This document shows positions 19,902 to 30,374 of a stretch of DNA of 64,000 nt, one piece after another. The notes beneath the pieces were generated by a model. It made no database searches. It saw only the letters and a program-made list of their open reading frames with translations, and was not told the DNA's origin. The translations under genes were made by a program, and so were the position numbers. Origin of the DNA: Candidatus Woesearchaeota archaeon (GTDB lineage Archaea; Nanobdellota; Nanobdellia; Woesearchaeales; GW2011-AR15); the NCBI GenBank assembly GCA_038874655.1, contig JAVZBY010000001.1:231094-295093 (forward strand), written 5' to 3'. Numbering within the stretch: position 1 is the stretch's first letter; every line of letters begins with the position of its first letter.

Positions 19902-20912
19902 TTAGATTATAATGCTGAATAAGGAACTTAATAGGTTTAATGAGATTATATATACAAAATATGAAATTGGTACAAATAAAAAAATGTATTTCAAGCCAGC
20001 TTTTATGCTACCTTCCCTTAAATCAGCAATTATCATAGCAGATATAGTGGATATTATTATTATGCAAATTTTCGAAAATAGTATGAAATCTTTTGGTTGT
20101 ATTGTTTTAAATTTAAAGTTAAAAGGCAATACATTATATGATGAAGTTATGCTTAATTTTTCACCTAAATTTTGAATTATAGTCATTAAATTAAATGATA
20201 AGGAAAATAGAATTGGTGAGATTATTACTGCTGTGAAAGCAATGAATATGACAAAACTTGTAACAGATGCAATAAGTTCTTTTTTCAAGTAATAGGCATC
20301 TTTTACGTTTTCGGCAATTTTTTCTATTAATTCTGATATGTTTGTTCCAGATTTTAATCCTACTATAATCATGTCAATACTTTCCTGTAATAATGTGCTA
20401 TTATATTTTTCAGCAAATTCTTTTAATGCCTCTTCTGTGTCATAACCTGCCATTACTTTTTTAGCAACAATTTCAATTTCCTTTTCTAAAATACCATATT
20501 GTGGTGCAATGGAATTCCAAAGTGCTTTATCAAATGACATTCCTGATCTAAGATTAACAGAAACATCATCTAAAAAATCAGGCAAAACGTTTTCAATTTC
20601 TCTTGTTCTATTAAAAATAACAAATTCATAATAAAGAAAGTATATTAAAAAAATTAACCCTATTGTAATAAACTCAGTTATAGTTAAAATAATAAATGAA
20701 GAAATTCCAACAGCAAAAGGAGAATTTTTTTTTATATAATTATGTGCAAATAAAAAATAAGAGGTTATTGTTAAAATTATTGACAAAAAAAATACAAAAC
20801 CATATTGAGAATAAGGAACATTATAATTGCCTGTTTTAGCTAAGTATTTTTTTAAATTAAGTCTTATGTTTTTTGGAATTATTGCTTCCCCTAAATTTTT
20901 GAAAATGCTCAT
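19902..20912 (-). CDS. Type II secretion F / TadC-like pilus membrane platform protein
   Basis: IENVLPDFL..NLRSGMSFDKAL helical domain with flanking TM segments; downstream of the ATPase. Confidence 0.85.
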   Translation of the reverse strand: MSIFKNLGEAIIPKNIRLNLKKYLAKTGNYNVPYSQYGFVFFLSIILTITSYFLFAHNYIKKNSPFAVGISSFIILTITEFITIGLIFLIYFLYYEFVIFNRTREIENVLPDFLDDVSVNLRSGMSFDKALWNSIAPQYGILEKEIEIVAKKVMAGYDTEEALKEFAEKYNSTLLQESIDMIIVGLKSGTNISELIEKIAENVKDAYYLKKELIASVTSFVIFIAFTAVIISPILFSLSFNLMTIIQNLGEKLSITSSYNVLPFNFKFKTIQPKDFILFSKICIIIISTISAMIIADLREGSIKAGLKYIFLFVPISYFVYIISLNLLSSLFSIII

Positions 20913-21715
20913 TCCATCACCATTGGTTTTAATGATTTAAATAATAAAATAAAAAAAAGCTGTACAACAAAAACAATAAATGCTAATGCTAATAAAACTT
21001 TCATATTTATTATAATTATGCCTGGCATGAAACTAGTAGCAACAACTAATAATGCAGTTCCCAAGGAAGGAAGTATTGTTCCAATTATTAAATAAAACAT
21101 GGTAGCTGGGTTTAGTTTTTTACCATATTCTTGTATTTGAATTAAGTGTTCTTTTGTTATGTCTTTTAGTGTTTCTTTTAATGTGTGTTTAATTTCTGAC
21201 CCAGTTCTTAGAGCGCTTAAAATTTCTTCCATTAATTTTGAATAAGCTTTTGATGGGCTTAATTCAATTGATTTTTTAATAGCATCTTCTAATGGCATAC
21301 CTAAATCTATATCATAGATAAGCTCTTTAAAATAATAGCTGGAATTAGTTTTTAATTTTGAAACACTTTCTAAAGCATTTACTAAAGAAGAACCACTTTC
21401 CAATTTTAATAGTAAATGTCTTGCAGAATATAATAAATCAGATTCAAGCATGGCTTTTCTATTTTCTAATGAAAAATTTGGAAGTAATTTTATAAAATTA
21501 AAAACAAAGATAAAACTAATAAAAAATATTAGCGCTAAATAATATAATGGAAAAGGTCTATTCAAATATAAAAAAAAACCAAATGATGTAAAACTTAAAG
21601 CAATTATAAAACTAAAAAAATAGGTTATCTTAACAAATTTTTCAATATTATAATCGATTTTTGCTTTTTTTATTGTTTCTTCAAAATTTTTTGAAAAAAA
21701 AAGATATTTCTTCAT
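20909..21715 (-). CDS. Type II secretion F / TadB-like pilus membrane platform protein
   Basis: LESGSSLVNAL, GMPLEDAI, EYGKKLNP, TM helices; 4-bp overlap with the next gene. Confidence 0.85.
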   Translation of the reverse strand: MKKYLFFSKNFEETIKKAKIDYNIEKFVKITYFFSFIIALSFTSFGFFLYLNRPFPLYYLALIFFISFIFVFNFIKLLPNFSLENRKAMLESDLLYSARHLLLKLESGSSLVNALESVSKLKTNSSYYFKELIYDIDLGMPLEDAIKKSIELSPSKAYSKLMEEILSALRTGSEIKHTLKETLKDITKEHLIQIQEYGKKLNPATMFYLIIGTILPSLGTALLVVATSFMPGIIIINMKVLLALAFIVFVVQLFFILLFKSLKPMVME

Positions 21716-21768
21716 TTTGTTAATTTTATTTTTTAATTTTTTTATTAAAGCTATAGTGGTTTAGGATT

Positions 21769-23250
21769 TTATTTTTTATAATCTAAGTTATTCAAAACAA
21801 ATCTCATTAATTCATCTTTGTCTGTGTAATAATCACTCATAATTAAACCGATTGTGTTTATATCTTCAATATTTTTTATGACCATCCACTTTAGAATACT
21901 AATTTTTTCCTTTAAATCATCATATATCATTTTAGCTGTCATACCAGTATAAAGATTTAAAGTTCTTATGAGTTTATCAGGATTATTTAATTGTTTCATA
22001 ATACTATTTAATTCGTCATATTGCATTATCATATTTGGCAAGCCATTTTCTAGTATTTCAGCAATCTGGAATGTTTTTCTTTTTCCAGTTCTTCTATTTC
22101 TGTTTTGAACAACTATTAAACCAATAGAGGAAAGTAGTTGTTTTGGCAAGTTTATAGGAGGATTTGTTAATCTTGCAATTGCTTCATCAACATTGCTTGC
22201 ATGAAATGTTGAATATACACTATGACCTGTGTGTATGGCTTCAAACATAACTTCAATTTCTTTTTCTCTTCTAATTTCACCAACTATGATTCTATCTGGT
22301 CTCATTCTTAAGGTGTTTATCATACAATCAAGCATTGTTATTTCGCCTTTTCCCTCTGGATTTGGCAATCTGCTTTGCATTGGAATCCAATGTAATGTTT
22401 CTGGCAAATTTAATTCTCTAGTATCTTCAATTGAAATTATTCTTTGATTTGGCGGAAAAAAGTTTGAGATGCTATTTAAAAAAGATGTTTTTCCTGAACC
22501 TGTTCCACCGACAATTAATATAGAAATTTCATATTGGATTGCTTGCCATATTAACGCAGCAGAACTTAAATCAATTGTTCCATTTTTTATTAGCGATGTT
22601 ATTGTCCATGGGGTTTTTGAAAATTTTCTTATTGTGATGGTGTTTCCTTTACTAGTTATAGGCATTAATGTTGCATTTACTCTGTCTCCAGTTTCTAAAT
22701 GTGCATCTAATAAAGGTTGTAGATAACTAATACCTCTATCAACTTTTCTTCCAATGACTGTAGCAAAATGTCGAATTTTGTTTTCATCATTAAAAATTAT
22801 ATTTGTTTTTAACCAACCATGTTTTCTATGATAAACCCAAACAGGTGTTTTTGCATTGTTAACCACAATTTCTTCTAAATTTGTATCTTCTAATAGAAAT
22901 TCAATCTCAGCTAAACCCAAACTTGTAATTAATATGTAATTTGTTATTATATCAATAGTATTTTGATCTGCATTAGAAAATTGAGTTTTTACTAATTCTT
23001 TTAACTTTATTTTAAATTTTTCTCTAATGTCTTTCTCAGAATCAGTAGTTTTTTTCTTTGATAATTCAAAACTTAAATTTAATATAATTTCTTCTCTTAT
23101 TTTTTCAATAATTCTTTTTGTTTGCTCAGAAATATTTAAGAGAGATAAATAATATATAGGGACAGGTTCTCCTTTTTGTGTATAAATGTGAATTTGTAAA
23201 GGTATTTTGTTAATTTCAATTTGATAAGAATCTAATGTTTTAGTTTCCAA
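21769..23250 (-). CDS. Pilus assembly ATPase (CpaF/TadA/VirB11 family)
   Basis: Walker A GGTGSGKTS, SIEDTREL, LRMRPDRIIVGEIR, TGH..STFHA. Confidence 0.95.
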   Translation of the reverse strand: METKTLDSYQIEINKIPLQIHIYTQKGEPVPIYYLSLLNISEQTKRIIEKIREEIILNLSFELSKKKTTDSEKDIREKFKIKLKELVKTQFSNADQNTIDIITNYILITSLGLAEIEFLLEDTNLEEIVVNNAKTPVWVYHRKHGWLKTNIIFNDENKIRHFATVIGRKVDRGISYLQPLLDAHLETGDRVNATLMPITSKGNTITIRKFSKTPWTITSLIKNGTIDLSSAALIWQAIQYEISILIVGGTGSGKTSFLNSISNFFPPNQRIISIEDTRELNLPETLHWIPMQSRLPNPEGKGEITMLDCMINTLRMRPDRIIVGEIRREKEIEVMFEAIHTGHSVYSTFHASNVDEAIARLTNPPINLPKQLLSSIGLIVVQNRNRRTGKRKTFQIAEILENGLPNMIMQYDELNSIMKQLNNPDKLIRTLNLYTGMTAKMIYDDLKEKISILKWMVIKNIEDINTIGLIMSDYYTDKDELMRFVLNNLDYKK

Positions 23251-23428
23251 AATGGACCCTCTTTTTTAAGATTTATTTTATGTTAATAATTTTTTTAAAC
23301 AATTTTTTAACAATATTATTTTTTGACTATATATATTTATAAATTAAATATTAATCTTTTTTAAATCTTTCTACTTTAGAATTTAAAATTATTATATAAA
23401 AAGTCGTAGAATAAGTTTTAATAATTAA

Positions 23429-23602
23429 TTATATACCAAATAAGTTTTTTCCATACATATTTAATAATAAAATAAGAATTATTATGAAAATTGCTAAAAA
23501 TATAATATGCCCAGGTTTAAATTCTATTTTAGATCTGTAATCTTCAAAATATCTTGTTAAGCCAGCACCACTCATAGGCATACTAATTTTATCTTTTGCC
23601 AT
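23429..23602 (-). CDS. secG: Preprotein translocase subunit Sec61 beta/SecG (57 aa, absent from the ORF track)
   Basis: Hand translation MAKDKISMPMSGAGLTRYFEDYRSKIEFKPGHIIFLAIFIIILILLLNMYGKNLFGI*; AGLxRYF motif plus a single TM helix. Confidence 0.92.
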   Translation of the reverse strand: MAKDKISMPMSGAGLTRYFEDYRSKIEFKPGHIIFLAIFIIILILLLNMYGKNLFGI

Positions 23603-23752
23603 CTTATTTTCTTAAAAATTAAATTTATTTAAAAAAGTTTTGATTAAAGAAGGGGTAAAAATAATTTTCTAACTCTTTTTTTATTTTTTAAGTAATTTTT
23701 AAAGGCATTATTTTAAGTAATATTTTTAAGTATTTAGGTATTTAATTTAAGA

Positions 23753-24877
23753 ATGATAAAAAAAATAAAGAAACTTTTTTTTTCATATTTTTCTTTTATG
23801 AGTAAGGAATTAAATCCAAATACAATTACTTTTTTTAGATTTTTCTTTGGCATAATAATGATATATTTTGCTTTTTTCAAGAATAGGGAATTTTTTTTTA
23901 TGAGTTATGCTTTTGCATTAATTACAGATATTTTAGATGGATTTGTGGCTAGAAAATATAAAAAAGAAACACATAAAGGAAAGATATTAGATATTTTAGC
24001 TGATAATTTTATTTTAGTTTGTTTGTTTATTGGTTTTTTGCTAATGAAAAAGGTCTTTATTTTAGCTTATAAACCACATTTGATTTTTATTTTGAGTTAT
24101 TATTTTTTTGTACAGATTATTAGCTTTATTTTTACAAGCAAATTTATCTTTAAAAGAACAATTGCAGCAAATATAGCTGCTATTATTTTTCCTTTTTTAA
24201 TTTTTTTTATGTTTTTTTTTGATTTAAATTTTTTAGTTTATCCTTATCTTATTTTTATGATATTTAGTTTGAGTGAGAAACTTATCTTAACATTAGCTAA
24301 TGAAGATAGAATTTCTTTGTTTTTGATTAAGTCAAATGTACATAAGATTTTTTTATTTTTTATTGTGATTTTGATGACTTTTTTTTTATTTTTATTAACA
24401 GGTTTTTCAGAAAATTATTTTTTTGAAGAATTATCTAATAAAACATTAGAGAATAACAATATAGATTCTTTAAATCCAAGTTCTAATGATTATTTAGAAG
24501 TTTGTTTTGAAAATTCAAAATGTATTATTGCAGAAGTTAGAGATAATGATAGTGAGAGAATTTTAGGTTTAATGTATCGAGAAAATATTAATGAAAGTTT
24601 TGGAATGCTTTTTGTTTTTGATAGTAATGTTGATTATGCTTTTTGGATGAAAAATATGAAATTTAATATTGATATTATTTTTATTGATGAAAATAAAACA
24701 ATTGTTTCAATAGTAAAAGGTGCTTTTCCATGTAATAAGCCAGATAACGAATGTGAGCTTTATTTTTCAAAAAAGCCCTATAAATATGTAATTGAAGTAA
24801 CATCTGGATTTACAAATAAATATGATATTTTTGAAGGACAAAAGGTTTTTTTTGAGTTTAATTTATCTAAGAAATAA
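23753..24877 (+). CDS. CDP-alcohol phosphatidyltransferase fused to a C-terminal DUF192 domain
   Basis: PNTITFFR, DILDGFVAR..G..LDILAD signature; C-terminal ERILGLMYRE..GMLFVF..FWMKNMKFNIDIIFID. Confidence 0.85.
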   Translation: MIKKIKKLFFSYFSFMSKELNPNTITFFRFFFGIIMIYFAFFKNREFFFMSYAFALITDILDGFVARKYKKETHKGKILDILADNFILVCLFIGFLLMKKVFILAYKPHLIFILSYYFFVQIISFIFTSKFIFKRTIAANIAAIIFPFLIFFMFFFDLNFLVYPYLIFMIFSLSEKLILTLANEDRISLFLIKSNVHKIFLFFIVILMTFFLFLLTGFSENYFFEELSNKTLENNNIDSLNPSSNDYLEVCFENSKCIIAEVRDNDSERILGLMYRENINESFGMLFVFDSNVDYAFWMKNMKFNIDIIFIDENKTIVSIVKGAFPCNKPDNECELYFSKKPYKYVIEVTSGFTNKYDIFEGQKVFFEFNLSKK

Positions 24878-24963
24878 AAAATATTTACTTTATAACTATC
24901 TTGTAAAATAAATTATAGAACAGATTAAATACTTTTTTATTTTTTCTAATTTTTATCTAAAAT

Positions 24964-25728
24964 ATGATAAAAAACACATTTATTTTTTTGCCTAAATTTG
25001 GCTATGAAAAAGAAAAAAAGTTATGGGAATTAGGGATTAAAACTTGGGATGATTTTCTTGCAACAAAAAAAATATTAGGAATCTCAGATTTTAATAAAAA
25101 AAGATATGATGAGATTATTAAAAATGCAAAAAAAGCACTTTTAGATAATAATAGTAGTTATTTTTTGGACAAATTAAAGCATAGGGATAATTGGCGTTTA
25201 TATGATTTTTTTAAGGAAGATTCTGTTTTTTTGGATATTGAAGTTTCAAGAATAAATGGTTTTTTAACAATGATTGGTTTATTTGATGGCATAGATACTA
25301 AAATAATGGTTAAAGATCTAAATTTGAATTTAGATGCATTAAAAAAAGAACTTTCTAAATATAAGTTGATTATAACTTTTAATGGTAGTGTTTTTGATAT
25401 TCCTTTCTTAAATAAAAAATATCCTAATTTATTACCAAGCATACCAAATATAGATGTTAAACATTTGTGTAATTTAATAGGGTTAAAAGGCACATTAAAA
25501 GAAATAGAAAAGAAATTAGAAATAAAAAGACAAAATGAAATAGTCAATAAATTATATGGTGGAGATCCGTTTAGATTATGGAAAATATTTAAAGCAACAG
25601 GAGATAAATATTATTTGGATTTATTAGTTGAATATAATGAAGAAGACATTATTAATTTGAAAAAGATTTGCGAGTATTGTATCAACGAATTAAAAAATGA
25701 GATAAACAATATATTTAAATTATTTTAA
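24964..25728 (+). CDS. RNase H-like exonuclease (YprB/RNase_H_2 type)
   Basis: FLDIE, ITFNGSVFDIPFL, LKEIEKKL, LVEYNEED. Confidence 0.85.
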   Translation: MIKNTFIFLPKFGYEKEKKLWELGIKTWDDFLATKKILGISDFNKKRYDEIIKNAKKALLDNNSSYFLDKLKHRDNWRLYDFFKEDSVFLDIEVSRINGFLTMIGLFDGIDTKIMVKDLNLNLDALKKELSKYKLIITFNGSVFDIPFLNKKYPNLLPSIPNIDVKHLCNLIGLKGTLKEIEKKLEIKRQNEIVNKLYGGDPFRLWKIFKATGDKYYLDLLVEYNEEDIINLKKICEYCINELKNEINNIFKLF

Positions 25729-25742
25729 TTTTATTTCTATTT

Positions 25743-26357
25743 ATGCTTAAATTTTCAAAAGATGAAATAGAGCAGTTAATTAAAGCAGGAATTGTTTTAA
25801 GTTTAGCATTTACTATTTTAAATATTGGTTTGAGGGATTTGATATTTGGTTTTAATAATATCTATAAATTTTTTAATATATTTATAATTTTCATTATTAC
25901 TTTATTAACTGTCGGACTGGCTTTTTTAGTACATGAATTAGCACATAAATTTTTAGCACAAAAATATAAATGTAAAGCAGAATTTAAAGCAAATAATACA
26001 ATGCTTTTTTTTGGTCTTATGACTAGTTTTTTAGGCTTTATTTTTATTTCACCAGGAGCAGTATATATTCAAGGAAGAATTAATAAAAGTCAAAACGCTA
26101 AAATCTCCTTAGTAGGACCATTATCTAATTTAATACTAGGTTTTATCTTTTTTGTTTTTTTTGTTTTTTTTAGAGATACAATAATTAGTAATTTCTTTTT
26201 TTATGGTCTAAAAATTAATTTCTTTTTAGGATTTTTTAATTTATTGCCTTTTTATGGTTTTGATGGATTTAATGTTTTTAAGTGGAATAAATTTATATAT
26301 TTCTTTTTTTTAATAATTGCATTAATTTTATGGTTTCTTTCATTTTTTATTATATAG
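25743..26357 (+). CDS. Site-2 intramembrane metalloprotease (M50)
   Basis: HELAH, GPLSN, FNLLP..FDG within TM segments. Confidence 0.9.
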   Translation: MLKFSKDEIEQLIKAGIVLSLAFTILNIGLRDLIFGFNNIYKFFNIFIIFIITLLTVGLAFLVHELAHKFLAQKYKCKAEFKANNTMLFFGLMTSFLGFIFISPGAVYIQGRINKSQNAKISLVGPLSNLILGFIFFVFFVFFRDTIISNFFFYGLKINFFLGFFNLLPFYGFDGFNVFKWNKFIYFFFLIIALILWFLSFFII

Positions 26358-26574
26358 TTTTTCTACTTTTTCTACTTAATCTTTTTATATTAATTATTTT
26401 TTTTGTCTTTTAAGTTTTTTTATTTAAGTTATTGTTAATAATATGATAATAAGTTAAGTTATGGCTAATAAATTAAGTTATAGCATATATCTTTTTAAAT
26501 AAATTTTATTTTTTCAATTTTAATTCAATATTTTTTGTTTGTTTATTTGTCATTGTGTTATTTAGGGTGATTAT

Positions 26575-27702
26575 ATGGAAAAAAGCATGAAGAAAAAAAA
26601 TGTTTCAGAAAATAAATACAAAGAAGAAGCAAAAAAATATGTAAAGAAAAATTTTATAATCAATATCTCACTTTTATTAGTTTTTATTTTCTTGTTTATT
26701 TCTACACTTTTTATTATTTTTTTGAATACAAGAGAAATGAGTCCAAATGACCCAAGTTTTTTGAAAAGTGCATATTCTTTTAATGAGAGGTTATTTAAAA
26801 AAGAAAAAATGCCTGTAGCAATAGTAAATGGCGAAAAAATAGATTTTGTAGATATAGAAAAAAGATATAATAGCTTACCAGATATTTATAAAAGTGTAAT
26901 GTCTTATGATGATATTTTAAATCAAGTTATAGATGAAAAGATTTTACTTCAAGAGGCAAAAAAAGAAAATATATTGGTGACTGAAGAAGAAATTAACACA
27001 GAGATTCAAAATATTTTGGCATATAATGGTTTAAGTGAAACAGATTTAATTAATCTTTTAAAAGAAAGAAATATGTCAATAAATGATCTAAAAAATTTAT
27101 ATCAATATCAACTTTTAATAACAAAACTTTTGAATAAAACAATTTTATCTAAGATAATTGTAAATGATAAAGAAATTAAAGATTATTATGATGAAAATAT
27201 TGAGCTTTTTAAAGTTCCAGAGACTATCAATGTTAGTCATTTAATCATTTGCCATAATGAGAGTATAAGGTGTGTTTCTGATTTATCAAAAGAAGAATCC
27301 TACAAATTAATCCAAAAAATTAAGAAAGAAATTGATGATTCAAATGAAGCATTTGATTTTTTTGTTAGAAAATATTCAAATGAACCTAATGTCAATATAA
27401 CAAATGGAAATTTAGGTTGGTTAAGTAAAAAAGATAACATAGATAAGGATTTTTTAACAAATGCATTTAATATGACTATAAATGAAACAAGAATAGTAGA
27501 AACACAATTTGGTTATCACATAATTAAGGTTTTTGATAAGAAGCCAGAAGAAATAATAAAATTAGATAAAGTTAAAGATCAAATTAATCAAAGTTTATAT
27601 CAAACAAAAGCAGAAGAGCTATATTTAAACTATTTAAGTGAATTAAGAAATAAATCAACAATAAACATTTTTTTAAACTTAAGTAATTATAATAAAAAAT
27701 AA
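26575..27702 (+). CDS. Membrane-anchored SurA/PrsA-like parvulin peptidyl-prolyl isomerase
   Basis: N-terminal TM, VAIVNGEKI SurA-N domain, VSHLII, GNLGW, ETQFGYHIIK. Confidence 0.9.
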   Translation: MEKSMKKKNVSENKYKEEAKKYVKKNFIINISLLLVFIFLFISTLFIIFLNTREMSPNDPSFLKSAYSFNERLFKKEKMPVAIVNGEKIDFVDIEKRYNSLPDIYKSVMSYDDILNQVIDEKILLQEAKKENILVTEEEINTEIQNILAYNGLSETDLINLLKERNMSINDLKNLYQYQLLITKLLNKTILSKIIVNDKEIKDYYDENIELFKVPETINVSHLIICHNESIRCVSDLSKEESYKLIQKIKKEIDDSNEAFDFFVRKYSNEPNVNITNGNLGWLSKKDNIDKDFLTNAFNMTINETRIVETQFGYHIIKVFDKKPEEIIKLDKVKDQINQSLYQTKAEELYLNYLSELRNKSTINIFLNLSNYNKK

Positions 27703-27761
27703 AATCTTTAATTATTATTTATTTTTTTAAGGATTTTAAAGTTTAAATAATTGATAAGAAA

Positions 27762-28022
27762 ATGCTTTTTATTTTAATTTTTAAAAAATTAGGATTAAAG
27801 TTGAATAAATATGTTTTAGCAATTTTATATGGTTTTTTCTATTTTTTTTTAACACTTTTAATTTTCTTTTTAGTTTCTTTTAAAATTAAGCGATTTATAA
27901 TTTCTCCATTTTTGTTTTCTTTGATTGTAGGTTTTTTTATGGGAATTTTTTTTCTTTTTAAGGAAGAATATTTAATATTAGAAAAAGATATTATAATTAT
28001 GAAAGGAAAAAAGAAGAGATAA
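27762..28022 (+). CDS. Small membrane protein, hypothetical
   Basis: 86-aa ORF with two hydrophobic segments; low complexity. Confidence 0.4.
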   Translation: MLFILIFKKLGLKLNKYVLAILYGFFYFFLTLLIFFLVSFKIKRFIISPFLFSLIVGFFMGIFFLFKEEYLILEKDIIIMKGKKKR

Positions 28023-28076
28023 TTATTTTTTATAATTTTTAAAAAGAAAAAATATATTAAATATGATTAAATCTTT

Positions 28077-28772
28077 TTGTTTATGAAGTTTAAATTGAAT
28101 TATCTTTTTTTGTTATTACTTATTATAACTTTTATTTTTGGTTATTTTTATTTTTTTCAAATTTCCCCGTTTATAGAAAAACCTCTTCCAATTTATAATT
28201 CAAATGAAAGGCAGAATGATCATGATTCAGACATAGATTTGAAAAATAAAATTATCTATTTCTTATATAATCTTGAGGCATATAAATTGCATAGTAATAT
28301 TTTAGATAATACTAAACCTAAAATTTATGTTATTATTACAGATGAAATAAATAATAACCTATCCTTAGAATACTATAATCAACCAAATTATATTTTAGAA
28401 ACAAATTTTTATTCTTTTTATATTGAAAATAATGAGGTCATTAATTCAGATGATATATTAAATGATAATAACTATGATTTAGGATTTATTATAAAAAAAG
28501 ATTTTTTTAATTCAGATATAAATACTAACACAATATTAGAAAATATAGAAAAAGGTAATATAAAAATTAATGTTATTTCAGATGAAAAAACATTGATATT
28601 AAAAGGTTATAAAGTATTATATGATAAATTTAAGAAGATTCAAGAAAAAAATAATGAGATAACAGGAAACTTTGTAAATATAAGACCATTAAAATCAGTA
28701 AAAATTTTTAATTTATTTTTTATATTTTTGTTTGCTTCTTTTGTAGGGTTGCTTATTGAGAGAGAAAAATAA
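28077..28772 (+). CDS. Hypothetical protein with N- and C-terminal TM segments
   Basis: Hydrophobic termini; ITGNFV before the C-terminal TM. Confidence 0.7.
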   Translation: MFMKFKLNYLFLLLLIITFIFGYFYFFQISPFIEKPLPIYNSNERQNDHDSDIDLKNKIIYFLYNLEAYKLHSNILDNTKPKIYVIITDEINNNLSLEYYNQPNYILETNFYSFYIENNEVINSDDILNDNNYDLGFIIKKDFFNSDINTNTILENIEKGNIKINVISDEKTLILKGYKVLYDKFKKIQEKNNEITGNFVNIRPLKSVKIFNLFFIFLFASFVGLLIEREK

Positions 28773-28827
28773 TTAAATAGATTTGAAGAATAATATAAAA
28801 ATTAATAAAAAAAGAATTTTATTAAAA

Positions 28828-29418
28828 TTACTTTATTAAATTATATTTTTTTAATGTTTCTTTATATTTTTGATAATCTTCTGTATTCTTAAATTCATGT
28901 AGTACTTCTTTTGGTAATTTTGAAAGCCATTTATTTTGTATTTTTAAAACTTCTTTTATGTCATCAGGCAATATTTCTTTTTTTTCTTCTATTGTTTCTT
29001 CTTCCTCTTCATCAAATTCGGCTTCTTCACTGAACCATGATCTTATTTTTGCAAAAAAGCCTTTTGATTTTTTTGCTTTTTTTTCACTTTTAAGATCATC
29101 ATTGTAATTAATTTCGTTATTTTCTTCTCTTTTGGTTTCTAAGCTATTTTCATCTTTTTTACTTTTTATATTTTCATCTAATGTTTCTTCTTCCATATTG
29201 TCTTCATCTCCAGATATAAAATCTAAAAATCTTTTTATAATTCCTTTTTTTGGTTTTTTAGTTTTTATTTCTTTTTCATCATTTATGTCTTTTTTTATAT
29301 CCTCTATATTTTTTTTATCTTTTTTTATTATTTTTTTTTCATAATTAGGATTTTCTTTTTTTCTTTTTTCTAAGTATTCATCTAATTCAAAGTTTATGTC
29401 TTTTGTAATTTTTATCAC
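28828..29418 (-). CDS. Hypothetical highly charged protein
   Basis: 196-aa Lys/Glu-rich ORF with two amphipathic KGI/KGF..F segments and a helical C-terminus. Confidence 0.7.
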   Translation of the reverse strand: MIKITKDINFELDEYLEKRKKENPNYEKKIIKKDKKNIEDIKKDINDEKEIKTKKPKKGIIKRFLDFISGDEDNMEEETLDENIKSKKDENSLETKREENNEINYNDDLKSEKKAKKSKGFFAKIRSWFSEEAEFDEEEEETIEEKKEILPDDIKEVLKIQNKWLSKLPKEVLHEFKNTEDYQKYKETLKKYNLIK

Positions 29419-29783
29419 CTAATTTATTATTCTTATTTTTTGATATTTTTTAATAGTTATATTTTTTTAATGTATGTTTTATGAGTATATTAATCTTTCT
29501 TTGATAACTTTGATAATTTTCTTTTATCTATTTTTTTAATATTATCTTGTTATTAATATATCTTGTAATTAATATAGTTTGTATATTTCTGTATATTATA
29601 TTTATTTATATCTTTTTTTATCTTTTTTGTAATTTATTAGTAATTAGTTATTAATAATTTCTTTAATAAGCACATACTATCTTTTTATTTGTTTGTTCTT
29701 TATTTTAATTATTAACTAATTTTCATTTGATATTTTTTTATTTTTCCATTATATTTATATAGTTTTTATTCTTAATTTTTTGT

Positions 29784-30269
29784 ATGAATAAGTTTTTTTG
29801 TTTTTTTAAAGGAAAAATTTCAATAAAAAAATCAAACTTTTTTTTGAAAATAACTAAAAAATCAAATAAATCTCAAGTTAGTATAGAATTTTTGACTATC
29901 TTTGGTTTTGTTTTTTTGATGATTGTGCCTTTAATTATTATATATTTTGATCAGTTAAATTTTCTTAAAGATTCTATCTCTGAAAATCAAATTAGGAATA
30001 TAGCAATTAAAATAGTAGATAAAGCTGAATCAGTTTATTATATGGGTGAACCCTCTCAAACAAAAATGTTAGTTTATTTTCCAGAAAATATAGATTCTGT
30101 TAATATAACTAATAATGCTATAATGTTTAATTATAGAACACAGAGTAATCTTTTGCATACTATATTTTTTAATTCTAAGGTTAATTTAACAGGTAGTTTA
30201 TCTCCAAAATCAGGAATACATAAAATTATTATTAAATCACAAAATGGTGTTGTTAATATTTTTGAATAA
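29784..30269 (+). CDS. Class III signal-peptide (pilin-like) protein
   Basis: KS|QVSIE followed by a hydrophobic helix; AESVYYMG. Confidence 0.85.
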   Translation: MNKFFCFFKGKISIKKSNFFLKITKKSNKSQVSIEFLTIFGFVFLMIVPLIIIYFDQLNFLKDSISENQIRNIAIKIVDKAESVYYMGEPSQTKMLVYFPENIDSVNITNNAIMFNYRTQSNLLHTIFFNSKVNLTGSLSPKSGIHKIIIKSQNGVVNIFE

Positions 30270-30374
30270 CTTTTTATGATAAAAGAAGATTTTTATCTTT
30301 GGATAATAAAATTTTGTAATAATAAAAAATTAATAAAATTAAAAGATTTATAAATAGGATGTTGAAAAATTAAA

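Noticed and set aside
19902-23250. Archaellum (arl/fla) operon
   Set aside because: No archaellin, ArlH or ArlF/G homologues recognised; two separate TadB/TadC-like genes fit a pilus better
29419-29783. Long AT-rich intergenic stretch as replication origin or ncRNA
   Set aside because: No ORB-like G-string motifs, no adjacent cdc6/orc1 and no stable stems; consistent with a divergent promoter region
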